A program made the position numbers and the translations under genes. The notes below the pieces were generated by a model. It was not told the DNA's origin, made no database searches, and saw only the letters and a list, made by a program, of their open reading frames with translations. From Candidatus Uhrbacteria bacterium (GTDB taxonomy: Bacteria > Patescibacteriota > Patescibacteriia > JACQRZ01), in the NCBI GenBank assembly GCA_016206175.1, contig JACQSB010000019.1:7079-71078 (forward strand): a DNA stretch of 64,000 nucleotides. Reading direction: 5' to 3'. This document shows positions 37,006-46,945 of the stretch, piece after piece (the first letter of the stretch is position 1; each line of letters opens with the position of its first letter).

Positions 37006-37419
37006 TTAGGGTAGAAAAGACGTTCGTATGTTTTCCGCTATTTTTTCGGCTTCTCCCTGCGCATACGGCGCTTGGGACCACATCGCAAGGCCGTCTCCTT
37101 CAAAACGAGGAATAATATGCCAATGAAGGTGAAACACAGATTGGCCGGCAGCCGCGCCATTATTGGTTGTGATGTTGCATCCTTCAGCTCCGGTTGCAGA
37201 CAGGACCGCACGAGCGACTTGCTGTGTTGTTTTTAGTACCGATTGCAGGCATGCATCGTCTGCGCCAACAAAATCTGCGCAATGCGCTTTCGGAACAACG
37301 ATCGTATGTCCCGCCTTCACGGGACGAATATCCAAAAAAGCGATTGTATGCTCGTCTTCATACACCTTGTAGCTGGGAAGCTCTTTGGAAACGATTTTAC
37401 AAAATAGACAATCACTCAT
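37006..37419 (-). CDS. HIT-family (histidine triad) nucleotide hydrolase
   Basis: CLFCKI zinc-like N-terminus and the HxHxHxx triad VFHLHWHIIPR. Confidence 0.9.
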   Translation of the reverse strand: MSDCLFCKIVSKELPSYKVYEDEHTIAFLDIRPVKAGHTIVVPKAHCADFVGADDACLQSVLKTTQQVARAVLSATGAEGCNITTNNGAAAGQSVFHLHWHIIPRFEGDGLAMWSQAPYAQGEAEKIAENIRTSFLP

Positions 37420-37801
37420 GTTCTGTGCTTTGAACGGCTATAATACCGCTCATTAAAAGAATAATCAAGCTCACACCTGCGGCGGCGATAAATGCCCAGA
37501 TGCCAAGCGACAATGACATGCGCCAGACGATCCATCCGGCAGCAATGCTGATGGCAGAAGAGCCGATCCAGTAGCCATACGAAGGGCGTGAAGGTGTCGG
37601 CTCCTGTTCTTTCGCAGTGAGAAGCGCGACAAAACCCGCGAGAAAAGAAATGATCAGGATCATGTTGATATTTATCCACCGTGCCACAACACCGCTCCAT
37701 TGCGATTCCAGCAGAAAAGAGATAACAAACACGCAGAAGGACACCAGAAAAACATCGTACGCGATGCGAGAGATGATGTATTGCAGCTGTTCGAACTTCA
37801 T
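37412..37801 (-). CDS. Hypothetical 4-TM membrane protein
   Basis: 129 aa, four hydrophobic segments. Start and stop overlap neighbouring genes in the same operon. Confidence 0.6.
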   Translation of the reverse strand: MKFEQLQYIISRIAYDVFLVSFCVFVISFLLESQWSGVVARWININMILIISFLAGFVALLTAKEQEPTPSRPSYGYWIGSSAISIAAGWIVWRMSLSLGIWAFIAAAGVSLIILLMSGIIAVQSTEHE

Positions 37802-38364
37802 CTTGGAAACAATGGTTTACGTGTTAGGTGAATATCTGCCCGAGAGATAGTGAGCGACTCATTCCCGTTCGGATCATACCGCAATCCGGGCGCCGAAAGT
37901 AAAAATGTATACTTGTTCTGAAACCGAGCTACATCGCGAAGGTCAAACTGCGCGCTGATGGTATCCCACTCGCCCGATGTGCCGCGACTCTGATCTGAAG
38001 GTATCACAGTCTTCCATGTATCGCCAAATACTCTCATTCCGAGCTGGACGGACCTTACTGATTCGTTGTGAAAATACAGTACGATATCTGCTGTCTCGTA
38101 ATCAATGCGAGAGTGGACATCGAAATACAATGGATCTTCAACCATGCTGATCGGACGATCTTTCTGGAGTCCTGCCGACTCTCGCGCTATCCGATCACGA
38201 GGATACGGCTCACTCACCGGTCCTCCTACTTCGCTAAAAGTATAGGTGATATTTTTTACTCCTGCAACCGGAATATTTTGATCAAAAAGCCAGGCAAAAA
38301 ATGTAGCGGCAATAAGTATGAGAACCGCTCGAATACCAAACTGTACTGCAAAAATGCGAGCCAT
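37798..38364 (-). CDS. Hypothetical membrane-anchored protein
   Basis: 188 aa. N-terminal TM segment (AVLILIAATFFAWLF), then a soluble beta-rich domain. Immediately downstream of the GT-C gene. Confidence 0.6.
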   Translation of the reverse strand: MARIFAVQFGIRAVLILIAATFFAWLFDQNIPVAGVKNITYTFSEVGGPVSEPYPRDRIARESAGLQKDRPISMVEDPLYFDVHSRIDYETADIVLYFHNESVRSVQLGMRVFGDTWKTVIPSDQSRGTSGEWDTISAQFDLRDVARFQNKYTFLLSAPGLRYDPNGNESLTISRADIHLTRKPLFPR

Positions 38365-38367
38365 GTA

Positions 38368-40113
38368 TTACGAATCAGGAATCAACGCGGGAATCACGCG
38401 ATACAGATACTCATTCCCCGCAACGGAAGCTCGGAACTCAAGGCCGAAACCGTACGGAGAAAAATACCGTTTGCTGATATACGCGGCATCATCCTGCTCC
38501 CAGAGTCCGTAGTAATACACCGGCACACCCTTATCAAGCATCGCCCTCACCAGCGGAGTTTCGCCGAAATCTTCCACTGATTCCATCACGCGGCGTTCGG
38601 GAAAAAAATTCTTATCTGATCGCTGCGAAACAATCACCGCATCCTCCTCCGTCAAAGCGCGTACGGTGATGAATTTCTGTTGGGAGTCGCGAATACTTGC
38701 GGCAATCGCCACCAAACTATCGTTGGAGCGCAAAAAGGTAGCGTCAAATGAATAAATAGTTACGGCTGCAAGAGCTCCAACCAGCGCGAGTCTCTGCAGT
38801 CCGAACCATCGCGCACGGTCATACGCCCATACAAACAGCGTAGCAACTCCGGGAAGCGCGAGTGCATACAAAAGCAGCCAATACCGTACGTAGGAGTTTC
38901 CGATCGTCGGAATGTTCGTGATGTTATCCTGCACCACCCAGCTGCCGTAATACGCGGTCATCCAAAAAAAGATGAGCGATGAACAGATTACATATACCAC
39001 CAACCGATGGTCTTTCACTGTTACTATATGAAATAGCCCTTTACGTATGAGAAGCAACGTGCCCAAAGCAATCGGCAATACGAGCCACTGAAACAATTTT
39101 GCGAAATACTCCGTAAAATGCGCGCTGAATATTTCCGGGTCATAGCCAAACGGCAGCAAGTATTTCCAGAGCGGGGCAAAGCCATAATATAATTCATCGA
39201 CCGCATTCCCGAGCGAAGAGTAATCTTCTGCCCGCACCGCAGCGCTTGCCGCATCGATCGCATCAAGTGTGGGTGTAAACGAGAACACCTCATACCCATG
39301 ATACCCGAATGACGCCGGATTCCCGTAAAGACGGGCATTGGATATGAATGCAAGCGTGAGCGGCGCCGCAAAACCGAAGATAAAAATGAAAACAGCCCAC
39401 CACGGATTTTTCCTCCAAAAAAATAATGCAATAAGAAGCAGCAGTGGTATCACCCATACGATTTCAGAAACGCGTACGGTAAGGCTTGCGCCGAGCAAGG
39501 ATGCGCCAACGAACACCAATGCAACCCTTTTGCCAACGATGCGCCCTGCGGTATACAGAGGACCGCGGATTCGCGTAAGGGCTGCAAAGGCGGCGGCAAG
39601 GAGACCAAAAAAAAGAACATTATGCATCATGGCGCGGTTCGCAAAATACCAATATGCGGGGTGTATTGCCAGCAGCAGAGCGGCAATGCCAGCAACGCGC
39701 AAAGAAAACATCGAGCGGAGAAAGAGATAAAAAAGGAATGGTATGAAGATCGCAAGCAACGGCGTGATAAAAAGCAGAACATTCACGCCAAACAGTTTTG
39801 CGACGGAACCATACAGGTACGGCATACCGACAAAACTTACCGGCACAACATATCCATTCACGCCAAGCATGCTTCTTGGGTGCAAAAATTGGTCCGTTGC
39901 GGACAGGAGCTCTTCGGGATAACGGACATCACCGGTAGTAGCGAAGAGCCGCGAGAAAAAATAGTTTGCCGTCTCGTCCGGCGAATTAAGCCGGATGCTC
40001 GGCTCATTCGACGAAGTAAACGAAAGGAAGCTGTACAAAAAGAAAAAAACGACCATGCTGATCGCTATGCCTCCTGCAAGCAGCCACTTGCACCCCCCTG
40101 TCTTATATCCCAT
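38368..40113 (-). CDS. GT-C fold glycosyltransferase (ArnT/PMT-like, family 39/83-like)
   Basis: About 581 aa from the ATG at 40113. At least 11 TM segments, a first-loop acidic motif SPDETANYFF (DE..Y pattern of PMT_2/ArnT-like enzymes), and a soluble C-terminal domain. Confidence 0.55.
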   Translation of the reverse strand: MGYKTGGCKWLLAGGIAISMVVFFFLYSFLSFTSSNEPSIRLNSPDETANYFFSRLFATTGDVRYPEELLSATDQFLHPRSMLGVNGYVVPVSFVGMPYLYGSVAKLFGVNVLLFITPLLAIFIPFLFYLFLRSMFSLRVAGIAALLLAIHPAYWYFANRAMMHNVLFFGLLAAAFAALTRIRGPLYTAGRIVGKRVALVFVGASLLGASLTVRVSEIVWVIPLLLLIALFFWRKNPWWAVFIFIFGFAAPLTLAFISNARLYGNPASFGYHGYEVFSFTPTLDAIDAASAAVRAEDYSSLGNAVDELYYGFAPLWKYLLPFGYDPEIFSAHFTEYFAKLFQWLVLPIALGTLLLIRKGLFHIVTVKDHRLVVYVICSSLIFFWMTAYYGSWVVQDNITNIPTIGNSYVRYWLLLYALALPGVATLFVWAYDRARWFGLQRLALVGALAAVTIYSFDATFLRSNDSLVAIAASIRDSQQKFITVRALTEEDAVIVSQRSDKNFFPERRVMESVEDFGETPLVRAMLDKGVPVYYYGLWEQDDAAYISKRYFSPYGFGLEFRASVAGNEYLYRVIPALIPDS

Positions 40114-40702
40114 ATCGAAGCATACTAATCGAGGCAAAGACGATACTCGATAACAGTAACGTGGCAGCTGCCGCTTCCAGTGGAACTGATAGCCATGCGG
40201 AGAGCAGCAACATGAATGCTCCCGCAACCTGAAGGATCATCTTAACTTTCCCCCATACATTTGCCTTCACGTCACGACCGCTGGAACGCCATGCTAATGC
40301 CAAAACGATAATAAGCAGTTCGATTGCAATCACTACGGCACCCACCCAGAGGGGAAGTGCGTGAAAGATTAAAAAAAGCACGGTTGGTATGATGAGTAAT
40401 TTGTCAGCAAGAGGGTCAAACATTTTCCCCCACTCGGTGATCATACCGCGCGTGCGCGCCAATGCGCCATCAAGGGCATCGGTGGAGGCAACGGCAAGAA
40501 ATAATGGCACACCGAAAGAGTATTGTTCCAATATCAATAATGCCAACACGGCAGGTGTTGCAATCATGCGAAATAGAGTAATCTGATTCGGGGTTATAAA
40601 AATAGGAATAAAACGCCCACCCAACGCCATAACAATCCGGTCAGTGGCATATACTTTTTCCGGAGCGCTATATTGGGTAGAATGAAGTGAAGGAAATACC
40701 AT
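40103..40702 (-). CDS. CDP-alcohol phosphatidyltransferase family protein
   Basis: Signature D(x)2DG(x)2AR...G(x)3D(x)3D, read as STDALDGALARTRGMITEWGKMFDPLADKL. Confidence 0.88.
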   Translation of the reverse strand: MVFPSLHSTQYSAPEKVYATDRIVMALGGRFIPIFITPNQITLFRMIATPAVLALLILEQYSFGVPLFLAVASTDALDGALARTRGMITEWGKMFDPLADKLLIIPTVLFLIFHALPLWVGAVVIAIELLIIVLALAWRSSGRDVKANVWGKVKMILQVAGAFMLLLSAWLSVPLEAAAATLLLSSIVFASISMLRYGI

Positions 40703-40705
40703 ACT

Positions 40706-42757
40706 ATGCAGCTAATCGCAATCTTCTATCTCGGCATTGTGGGATACTGTATCGCGTGGATTGTTTTTGGTTATCGAAAAATCGAAGCGATCTTTCTTGC
40801 GCCACTCGCCGTGAGCCTCGTGATAACCATCGTGAGCGCTGTCATATTTTTGTTTGGCAGCTTTACTTCCATAACGATCGGCATCATCCTTGCATCTCCC
40901 CTTGCCGTGATAGGTGCGGCACTTTTAGCTAAAAAATCACGCGGCGCAGTTCGACCAGAAAACTCGGTGCCAGTTGTAACACCCAAAATGTTCAGCCTCC
41001 CATTTTATGGCTGCGGCGTTTCACTGCTGCTCTCTGCAATAAGCATCGTATTGCTTTTTGCTGCTCGTACTACAGCGACAACGCTTGGTCCGTGGGATAT
41101 TGTCGAACCTCTTTTTTTTGCTCTCGTCGCTGTCAATACCGGAATGCTCCTCATCGTTGCAAAAGATGAACGCACTCCGATCGTAGCACTATATGCGGCA
41201 ATGTCAGCGTACATCGCTTCGATTACTGCGGTAGTAGCAATCGCCTATCCGCTCGGCTTCGGCTTTGATCCGATTCTTCATAGAGCGGCAGAAGGTATGA
41301 TAGCACAACAAGGCTTTATCAATCCGCGGACTCTCTACTACGGAGGACATTACGGACTTATCACGACCCTTGCGCAAACACTGTCGCTTGCAAGTGCAAC
41401 TGTTGACCGATTCATCGTGCCTATTCTTGCTGCATTGTCGCTTCCAGTCCTAGCCTACCGTTCCTTTCTCTTTGGCGCTGACGAACAAAAGGCTCGGATC
41501 GGCACAGCGCTTTTCGCTATCGGTCTGCCGATAGCGTCACTGGGTTCCGGTACGCCATGGGGGTATGCAATCTTGTTAACGATCGTAGTGATATTGTCAA
41601 GTATACAGCTCCAATTCGAGAAAAACAAGGCGGGAACGCTTATGATAGGAGGGATATGTGTTCTCGCGCTTTTGGCAGTGCATCCGCTCGCCGGTCTGCC
41701 GGTCACATTCATCGCAGTCGGGTCTGTGCTCGCATCGTACGGTAAACTATCAGTATGGAAAGGAATCAGCTGTGTCATCGCGGCTGCACTATCTCTGCCT
41801 CTTGCATTCTTTGCCAACTCACTCATATCGAGGCAGCTGCCGATTGTATTTACAAGTCCGGATATCGCTGCTATCGCTTCGGTGCTTTGGGCACAACTTG
41901 CGCCGCAGTGGGAATATCGATTTCACGCAGCTCTTGATCTAGCCTATTTCTTTATTCAAAACTCAAATTTCTTTTTGCTCGGTGTCGGACTTATCGGCGC
42001 TGCAACACTTATGTTATCTCGCAGCGTGGTCTATCAACGCATAGGGGCCGTGCTTGGCATGGGTTCTGCAGCAATGCTTGCCACTTTCATTGTGATGCGT
42101 ATTTCTCTCTCGTTCCCCTCTTTGCCACAATACGAACAAATGATCTATGCCGACCGCATACTAGAAATCATGTTGCTGTTTTTATTGACAGTAAGTATCT
42201 ATCCTCTCCAACGGGCTCTGCAAAAACTCAACTTATTCTATGGCAGACTGCTTCTGTTTATTCTCTTTATTTTTATTGGGATAACGGCGGTTGCGCATGT
42301 CTATGCATCCTATCCGCACAACGATGCATATATCCCGTACCACGGGTACACGATAGCGCAAACTGATATTGATGCTGTCCGCTGGATCAATTCTCATGCG
42401 GGAAAAGAAAATTATATTGTACTGGCAAACCAAGTTGTTTCAGCTGCAAGCGTACGAGAGTTTGGATTTGCTCGATACTATCCTATTCAAACCGCGGCTG
42501 GCGGTGTTGACCAATTCTACTATCCGATCCCGAATGGATCCCCGCTTTCTTTGCTCTATCAAGCAATGCTGGCGCATCCCTCTCGAGATGTAGTAGAGCG
42601 CACCGCGCAGCTTGTCGGAGTATCGCAAGCATATTTTGTCGTCAACCGATATGAGCCGCGATTTCGCACCATCATTGATACGGCAAAAAAAGAAGCGAAT
42701 GATGTATATGTGATTGGAGAAGATGCTGTCACAGTGCTTTATTATAAATTTCCATAA
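40706..42757 (+). CDS. Large polytopic membrane protein (about 14+ TM) with a C-terminal soluble domain, function unknown
   Basis: 683 aa. A continuous series of hydrophobic segments for about 520 aa, then about 160 aa soluble. Located in the glycosylation cluster. No motif recognised. Confidence 0.65.
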   Translation: MQLIAIFYLGIVGYCIAWIVFGYRKIEAIFLAPLAVSLVITIVSAVIFLFGSFTSITIGIILASPLAVIGAALLAKKSRGAVRPENSVPVVTPKMFSLPFYGCGVSLLLSAISIVLLFAARTTATTLGPWDIVEPLFFALVAVNTGMLLIVAKDERTPIVALYAAMSAYIASITAVVAIAYPLGFGFDPILHRAAEGMIAQQGFINPRTLYYGGHYGLITTLAQTLSLASATVDRFIVPILAALSLPVLAYRSFLFGADEQKARIGTALFAIGLPIASLGSGTPWGYAILLTIVVILSSIQLQFEKNKAGTLMIGGICVLALLAVHPLAGLPVTFIAVGSVLASYGKLSVWKGISCVIAAALSLPLAFFANSLISRQLPIVFTSPDIAAIASVLWAQLAPQWEYRFHAALDLAYFFIQNSNFFLLGVGLIGAATLMLSRSVVYQRIGAVLGMGSAAMLATFIVMRISLSFPSLPQYEQMIYADRILEIMLLFLLTVSIYPLQRALQKLNLFYGRLLLFILFIFIGITAVAHVYASYPHNDAYIPYHGYTIAQTDIDAVRWINSHAGKENYIVLANQVVSAASVREFGFARYYPIQTAAGGVDQFYYPIPNGSPLSLLYQAMLAHPSRDVVERTAQLVGVSQAYFVVNRYEPRFRTIIDTAKKEANDVYVIGEDAVTVLYYKFP

Positions 42758-42758
42758 A

Positions 42759-44033
42759 TCACTTTCTTGCTTGCCGACGGTCTTCGCCGAGAGGGAGATT
42801 CTCCGAGGGGCTGACGAAATTGAGCAGTCTTTCGCAATACTGTTCTGATGAATCTTCCTGCACTGTTTGGTATGCACGTGCGCTCATTGTTTCATATTGC
42901 TTGTTCGTAAGTTTGCACGAACGGTCGAGCGCATGCGCAAGGAGCACACTATCTCCCGGAGCGTAGGCAAATCCGTTTTCACCTTCGCGGATGCGCTCGG
43001 CAGCGCCACCGCTGCGTGCGGCGATAACCGGAATACCGGCAGCAAAGCTTTCCTGAATCACCATAGGGGAGTTTTCACAAAGAAGAGATGGCACGACGGT
43101 GATATGGCTCCGAATATAAAGCTGCCGCACTTCATTATGTGTCATATGCCCTGCAAAGGTGATACGAGTGTCTTGAAGCGCCGCCTTTTCAAGCGCGGCT
43201 TGGAGAGGACCGGTGCCGGCGATGATGAGCCGTGCATTCGCATCCTTGAGCCGCGAAAACGCCGTGAGCAAATCAAACAAGCCTTTCTGGACTTTCAATA
43301 AACCTACATACAAAAATACTGTCCCCTCACTTGAGCGCGACGAAAGCCGAGCATGAAGGGCATCTTCATATTCCTCATACCTAAATCGCACACTCTCGGG
43401 AGTAGGATTTGGCAAGAGGATTTTTTTTGATTTTGAAAAAAATCCACGCCGTTCGTAAAAATCCAATAAGAATCGTGAGGAAAACACCACCACGGCTGGA
43501 GCAGCCATACACGCGCGCGTCACGGCGCTATAGACCCACTCGACGATCCCGGGACGAGACGACTTCTTGCCTGCCATAAGCACGCCGCTTGGCACAGCAA
43601 GATGCACATCATGCACCGTGTGGATCCAAGGAACTCGCGCGTGCCGCACAGCTGCCGGAACCATAAAACCGATACCGGTCAGATTATGTGTATAGATACG
43701 ATCCGGTTTTTCCGTTGCTATTACAGATCGGACAACGGCATAACTGTGAAGATTCAATAACGCAAACAGATGCCATACGAGACGGATCAAAAAGGGTTTG
43801 CCGTCTTCAATAGATGCAAAGGAAAAAATATTGCACGGATAGAAGCGGTATACTATCAGCCCGTCTTCATTCCATTTGGACGGAAGCAACGAGCGGAAAC
43901 CATTCCATGCCTGCGTAGTCAAAACGAGGACTTCGTGATTTTTTTTAAGCTGATCTGCTACGGTTTGAACAACGATCTCCGCGCCGCCGCGCGAATAGGG
44001 ACGGAATAAACTTGCGATGATCAATATGCGCAT
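42759..44033 (-). CDS. Glycosyltransferase family 4 (GT-B, group 1)
   Basis: N-terminal RGGAEIVV and C-terminal LCENSPMVIQESFAAGIPVIAARSGGAAE (E-x7-E-like GT1 motif). Confidence 0.85.
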   Translation of the reverse strand: MRILIIASLFRPYSRGGAEIVVQTVADQLKKNHEVLVLTTQAWNGFRSLLPSKWNEDGLIVYRFYPCNIFSFASIEDGKPFLIRLVWHLFALLNLHSYAVVRSVIATEKPDRIYTHNLTGIGFMVPAAVRHARVPWIHTVHDVHLAVPSGVLMAGKKSSRPGIVEWVYSAVTRACMAAPAVVVFSSRFLLDFYERRGFFSKSKKILLPNPTPESVRFRYEEYEDALHARLSSRSSEGTVFLYVGLLKVQKGLFDLLTAFSRLKDANARLIIAGTGPLQAALEKAALQDTRITFAGHMTHNEVRQLYIRSHITVVPSLLCENSPMVIQESFAAGIPVIAARSGGAAERIREGENGFAYAPGDSVLLAHALDRSCKLTNKQYETMSARAYQTVQEDSSEQYCERLLNFVSPSENLPLGEDRRQARK

Positions 44034-44048
44034 AGTGTCTCCGTTCCA

Positions 44049-45239
44049 CTACTCTATTGTTTTCAAAAATGCTTGCTTGACCGCTTGATACGAATACTCT
44101 TCCTCGACGATGCGCCGGCCGTTTTTCCCCAACTCATGCGCGCGTGACGGATCGTTTAATAATTCAAACATTCGTTCAGCAAGACGCTCAATATTGCGCG
44201 GTGGCACCAAATAACCGTTTACGGAATCGCGTATCACACTTCGAATACCGGCAAGATCAGAGGCAATGACCGCTGTGCTGCATGCCATTGATTCGATCAG
44301 CACGAGACCAAATGACTCGGATGAGTCAACCGAAGGCAAGACAGTGGCTGCCGCAAGGGAGTAATACGCCGCGAGGTCTTTTTCCTCTGCTATCCTGCCG
44401 GCAAAAATCACTTTGTCGGCAATGCCGAGCTGGCCGGCTAGATTTTGATAATGATTGATGAGGTTGCCATAGCCAACAAGTATGAGCGCTGGCAGCGGAT
44501 AGTGCCGCGCTTGTTCCAGCATGCGCGTCAAAGCCTCAAAGGCTTCGAGGAGATACTCGACACCTTTGAAATAATGCGCATCATCAAGTCCGCCAACAAA
44601 GAGGATGACAGGCTGATTGGAACTCAAGGAATGCTTCTCCCGGATTGTTTCAAGTGCTGCCTCATCTGCTTTCGTATACACATCAGTGTCTACCGAATGG
44701 GGCAGCACCGTCATCTTGGCGCGATATTTTGCAAAGAAAAGTGCGAGTTTTGACTGGCGCGCGTAATCAAGAGAAGAGATAAAGATATGGTCAGCATATT
44801 TCAGGATCAAGGGCAAGAAAAAAAACGTATACACGCGAAAGATGATTTTCTCGTACGACTTCTTCCCGACAAGGTCCATGTGGTAGGTGACAGAGTATCG
44901 TGTTCCCCACACAAGACGCGCAAGCACTATAGCAAGCACAGCGTCCAAAAATGGATAATGGAAGTGGGCTCGCCGATATTTCCGTAACGACCAGAATAAC
45001 TGGGGAAGAACGGCGGCATTTCCAAGGGAAAATAAAGGGCGGAGGCGTCGAATGATTATTGTTCCGTCTTTTTCTTGAGATGGGGTTTTGCGCTTCCGCA
45101 TCCAGCCGTACCACGGGCTCAACACTGTGGTTTCATATCCTCCTTCAGATGCCATCCGGGCATTTGCATGTGCGACAACGCCGATACCACCGCGGTAAGG
45201 AGAATAGACAGGAGTAAGAACAGCAAGTTTTTTTGGCAT
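44049..45239 (-). CDS. Glycosyltransferase family 4 (GT-B, group 1)
   Basis: From the ATG at 45239: MPKKLAVLTPVYSPYRGGIG. C-terminal SESFGLVLIESMACSTAVIASDLAGIRS. Confidence 0.85.
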   Translation of the reverse strand: MPKKLAVLTPVYSPYRGGIGVVAHANARMASEGGYETTVLSPWYGWMRKRKTPSQEKDGTIIIRRLRPLFSLGNAAVLPQLFWSLRKYRRAHFHYPFLDAVLAIVLARLVWGTRYSVTYHMDLVGKKSYEKIIFRVYTFFFLPLILKYADHIFISSLDYARQSKLALFFAKYRAKMTVLPHSVDTDVYTKADEAALETIREKHSLSSNQPVILFVGGLDDAHYFKGVEYLLEAFEALTRMLEQARHYPLPALILVGYGNLINHYQNLAGQLGIADKVIFAGRIAEEKDLAAYYSLAAATVLPSVDSSESFGLVLIESMACSTAVIASDLAGIRSVIRDSVNGYLVPPRNIERLAERMFELLNDPSRAHELGKNGRRIVEEEYSYQAVKQAFLKTIE

Positions 45240-45241
45240 AT

Positions 45242-46372
45242 TTAGAACATTCGCAGGATTTGCCGTGCAAGGAAAAAATAGCATCTTGTAATCGGATTCG
45301 CAATGAGCTGTAGAAGCGGGTTATCAACATCTTGAAATTCTATCGCTGGATCAAACAGGCGTACAATCACGCTATCGGGCACGATCCGAGATTTCTGCAC
45401 TGCGGCTCGTTTTGCAAGGAGGGACCGCCATACGCGTTCTGAAAAAAAATATCGATAGGCGCGCACTTTTTCTTTCCATGTCAATGTTCCTTTTCCGCTC
45501 ATCGACATCAGTGCGCTATACAGGAGCATTCCCGCTTCCCAGAACAGAACAAGAGGAATAAAAACCATAAAGGCAGTGAAGCTGTAATTTTTCAACATCA
45601 TGGCTAATCGATTGCGCTCCATGTAATAAAACTTCTTGATACTGCGCGAAAACTCATAGTGGTGGTATACGACAGCGGCTGGATCAACAACGCAGCGATA
45701 GCCGGCAATACGCAGCCTCCAGCAAAGATCAGTATCCTCGTGATACATGAAATATTCTTCATCAAACAACCCCACCCGCTTTAGAGCTGATATACGAAAA
45801 AGCACTGCCGCGCCACTGCAATAGGCGACATCTGATTTTTCGCATGAGAAGATCTTTTTTGGGGCATTACCCAAAGCGCTCCGAGAGACGCTAGGGTAAA
45901 GCCGATACCCCCGCGTATAGCCAAATCCGGCAGGATGCAGCGCATTGCCGCAGGAATTAATGAGCTCGCGCTCGGGATCAAGCATGATAAGCGGCTGCAG
46001 TGCAGCGATGGAAAGATCAGATTCCATTTCTCTCACCAACGGCGTAAAAAAATCTTTTTCAAAAAGCAAATCCTGATTCGCGACAAATACATATTTCGCG
46101 CCATGATCAATCGCATACTGTATTCCTTGATTCGCTGCCGCGGCATACCCTTTATTGTCCGTATTGCGTATGATATGCGCATGCGGCGCTAGACGCAGTA
46201 TCGCGGCAGTAGTGCCATCATCTGAATGATTATCCACAGCGACGAAAGAATATGCGATCTCCGCCGACACTTCGTTAAGCGACTCGAGAAAAGCTATAAT
46301 ATCCTTTTCACCGTTATAGGTGATGACAATCAAACATACTTCTGCGTTTTTTTTGCCGGTCGTATGCTTCAT
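45242..46372 (-). CDS. Glycosyltransferase family 2 (rhamnosyltransferase-like)
   Basis: VCLIVITYNGEKDIIAFLESL...VAVDNHSDDGT (GT-A DxD region), then YCSGAAVLFR and MYHEDTDLCWR. Confidence 0.85.
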   Translation of the reverse strand: MKHTTGKKNAEVCLIVITYNGEKDIIAFLESLNEVSAEIAYSFVAVDNHSDDGTTAAILRLAPHAHIIRNTDNKGYAAAANQGIQYAIDHGAKYVFVANQDLLFEKDFFTPLVREMESDLSIAALQPLIMLDPERELINSCGNALHPAGFGYTRGYRLYPSVSRSALGNAPKKIFSCEKSDVAYCSGAAVLFRISALKRVGLFDEEYFMYHEDTDLCWRLRIAGYRCVVDPAAVVYHHYEFSRSIKKFYYMERNRLAMMLKNYSFTAFMVFIPLVLFWEAGMLLYSALMSMSGKGTLTWKEKVRAYRYFFSERVWRSLLAKRAAVQKSRIVPDSVIVRLFDPAIEFQDVDNPLLQLIANPITRCYFFLARQILRMF

Positions 46373-46375
46373 GTA

Positions 46376-46945
46376 CTAATATTCCACATCAACCCTGCCG
46401 GTAATTCTATTAAAAGTGACTGTGCGTGTGTGTCCGCTCTTCGTGTCTTTTATGGTAACCACCACAACCGACACATCTGATCTTCCGTTTACCAATCCCG
46501 ATGCCTGCGGAGCTCGAAAGGCGAGATTCGCTTCGTCAACCGACACGCCATCAAAGGAAAGACCACCTTCTGCCATCAACTCGATGTTTTTATGCGATCC
46601 AACATCGAAAGAGAGTGGCTCCCCTATTAAGTCATCCTTCCCTTGCTCCCATGTGCCGATAGCAACCCCTTTCTTATTGTCGGCAAATACGATGGCGATG
46701 TCCGGTTTTTTGAGATATACCCCAAAACTTTCAGCAGTTGGGTATTCCGCGTGAGTGCCTGTCTGCGCGAGGTTTTGTACTTTCCGGAGCCCCTCCCCGA
46801 TTCTCATGGCGACAATCCGCAGCGCCTCGTCTTGCTGCCCTTTTTGAAAACTTACGACAGAAGTTGTTGCGATGATTCCGACAATGGCAACAATAATGAG
46901 GATTTCGACAAGAGTAAAGCCGCGAGAAAATCTGTCAAACCGCAT
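46376..46945 (-). CDS. Type IV pilin-like protein (minor pilin/pseudopilin candidate)
   Basis: From the ATG at 46945: MRFDRFSRGFTLVEILIIVAIVGIIATTSVVSF, the class III signal G/FTLVE plus a hydrophobic helix. Confidence 0.8.
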   Translation of the reverse strand: MRFDRFSRGFTLVEILIIVAIVGIIATTSVVSFQKGQQDEALRIVAMRIGEGLRKVQNLAQTGTHAEYPTAESFGVYLKKPDIAIVFADNKKGVAIGTWEQGKDDLIGEPLSFDVGSHKNIELMAEGGLSFDGVSVDEANLAFRAPQASGLVNGRSDVSVVVVTIKDTKSGHTRTVTFNRITGRVDVEY

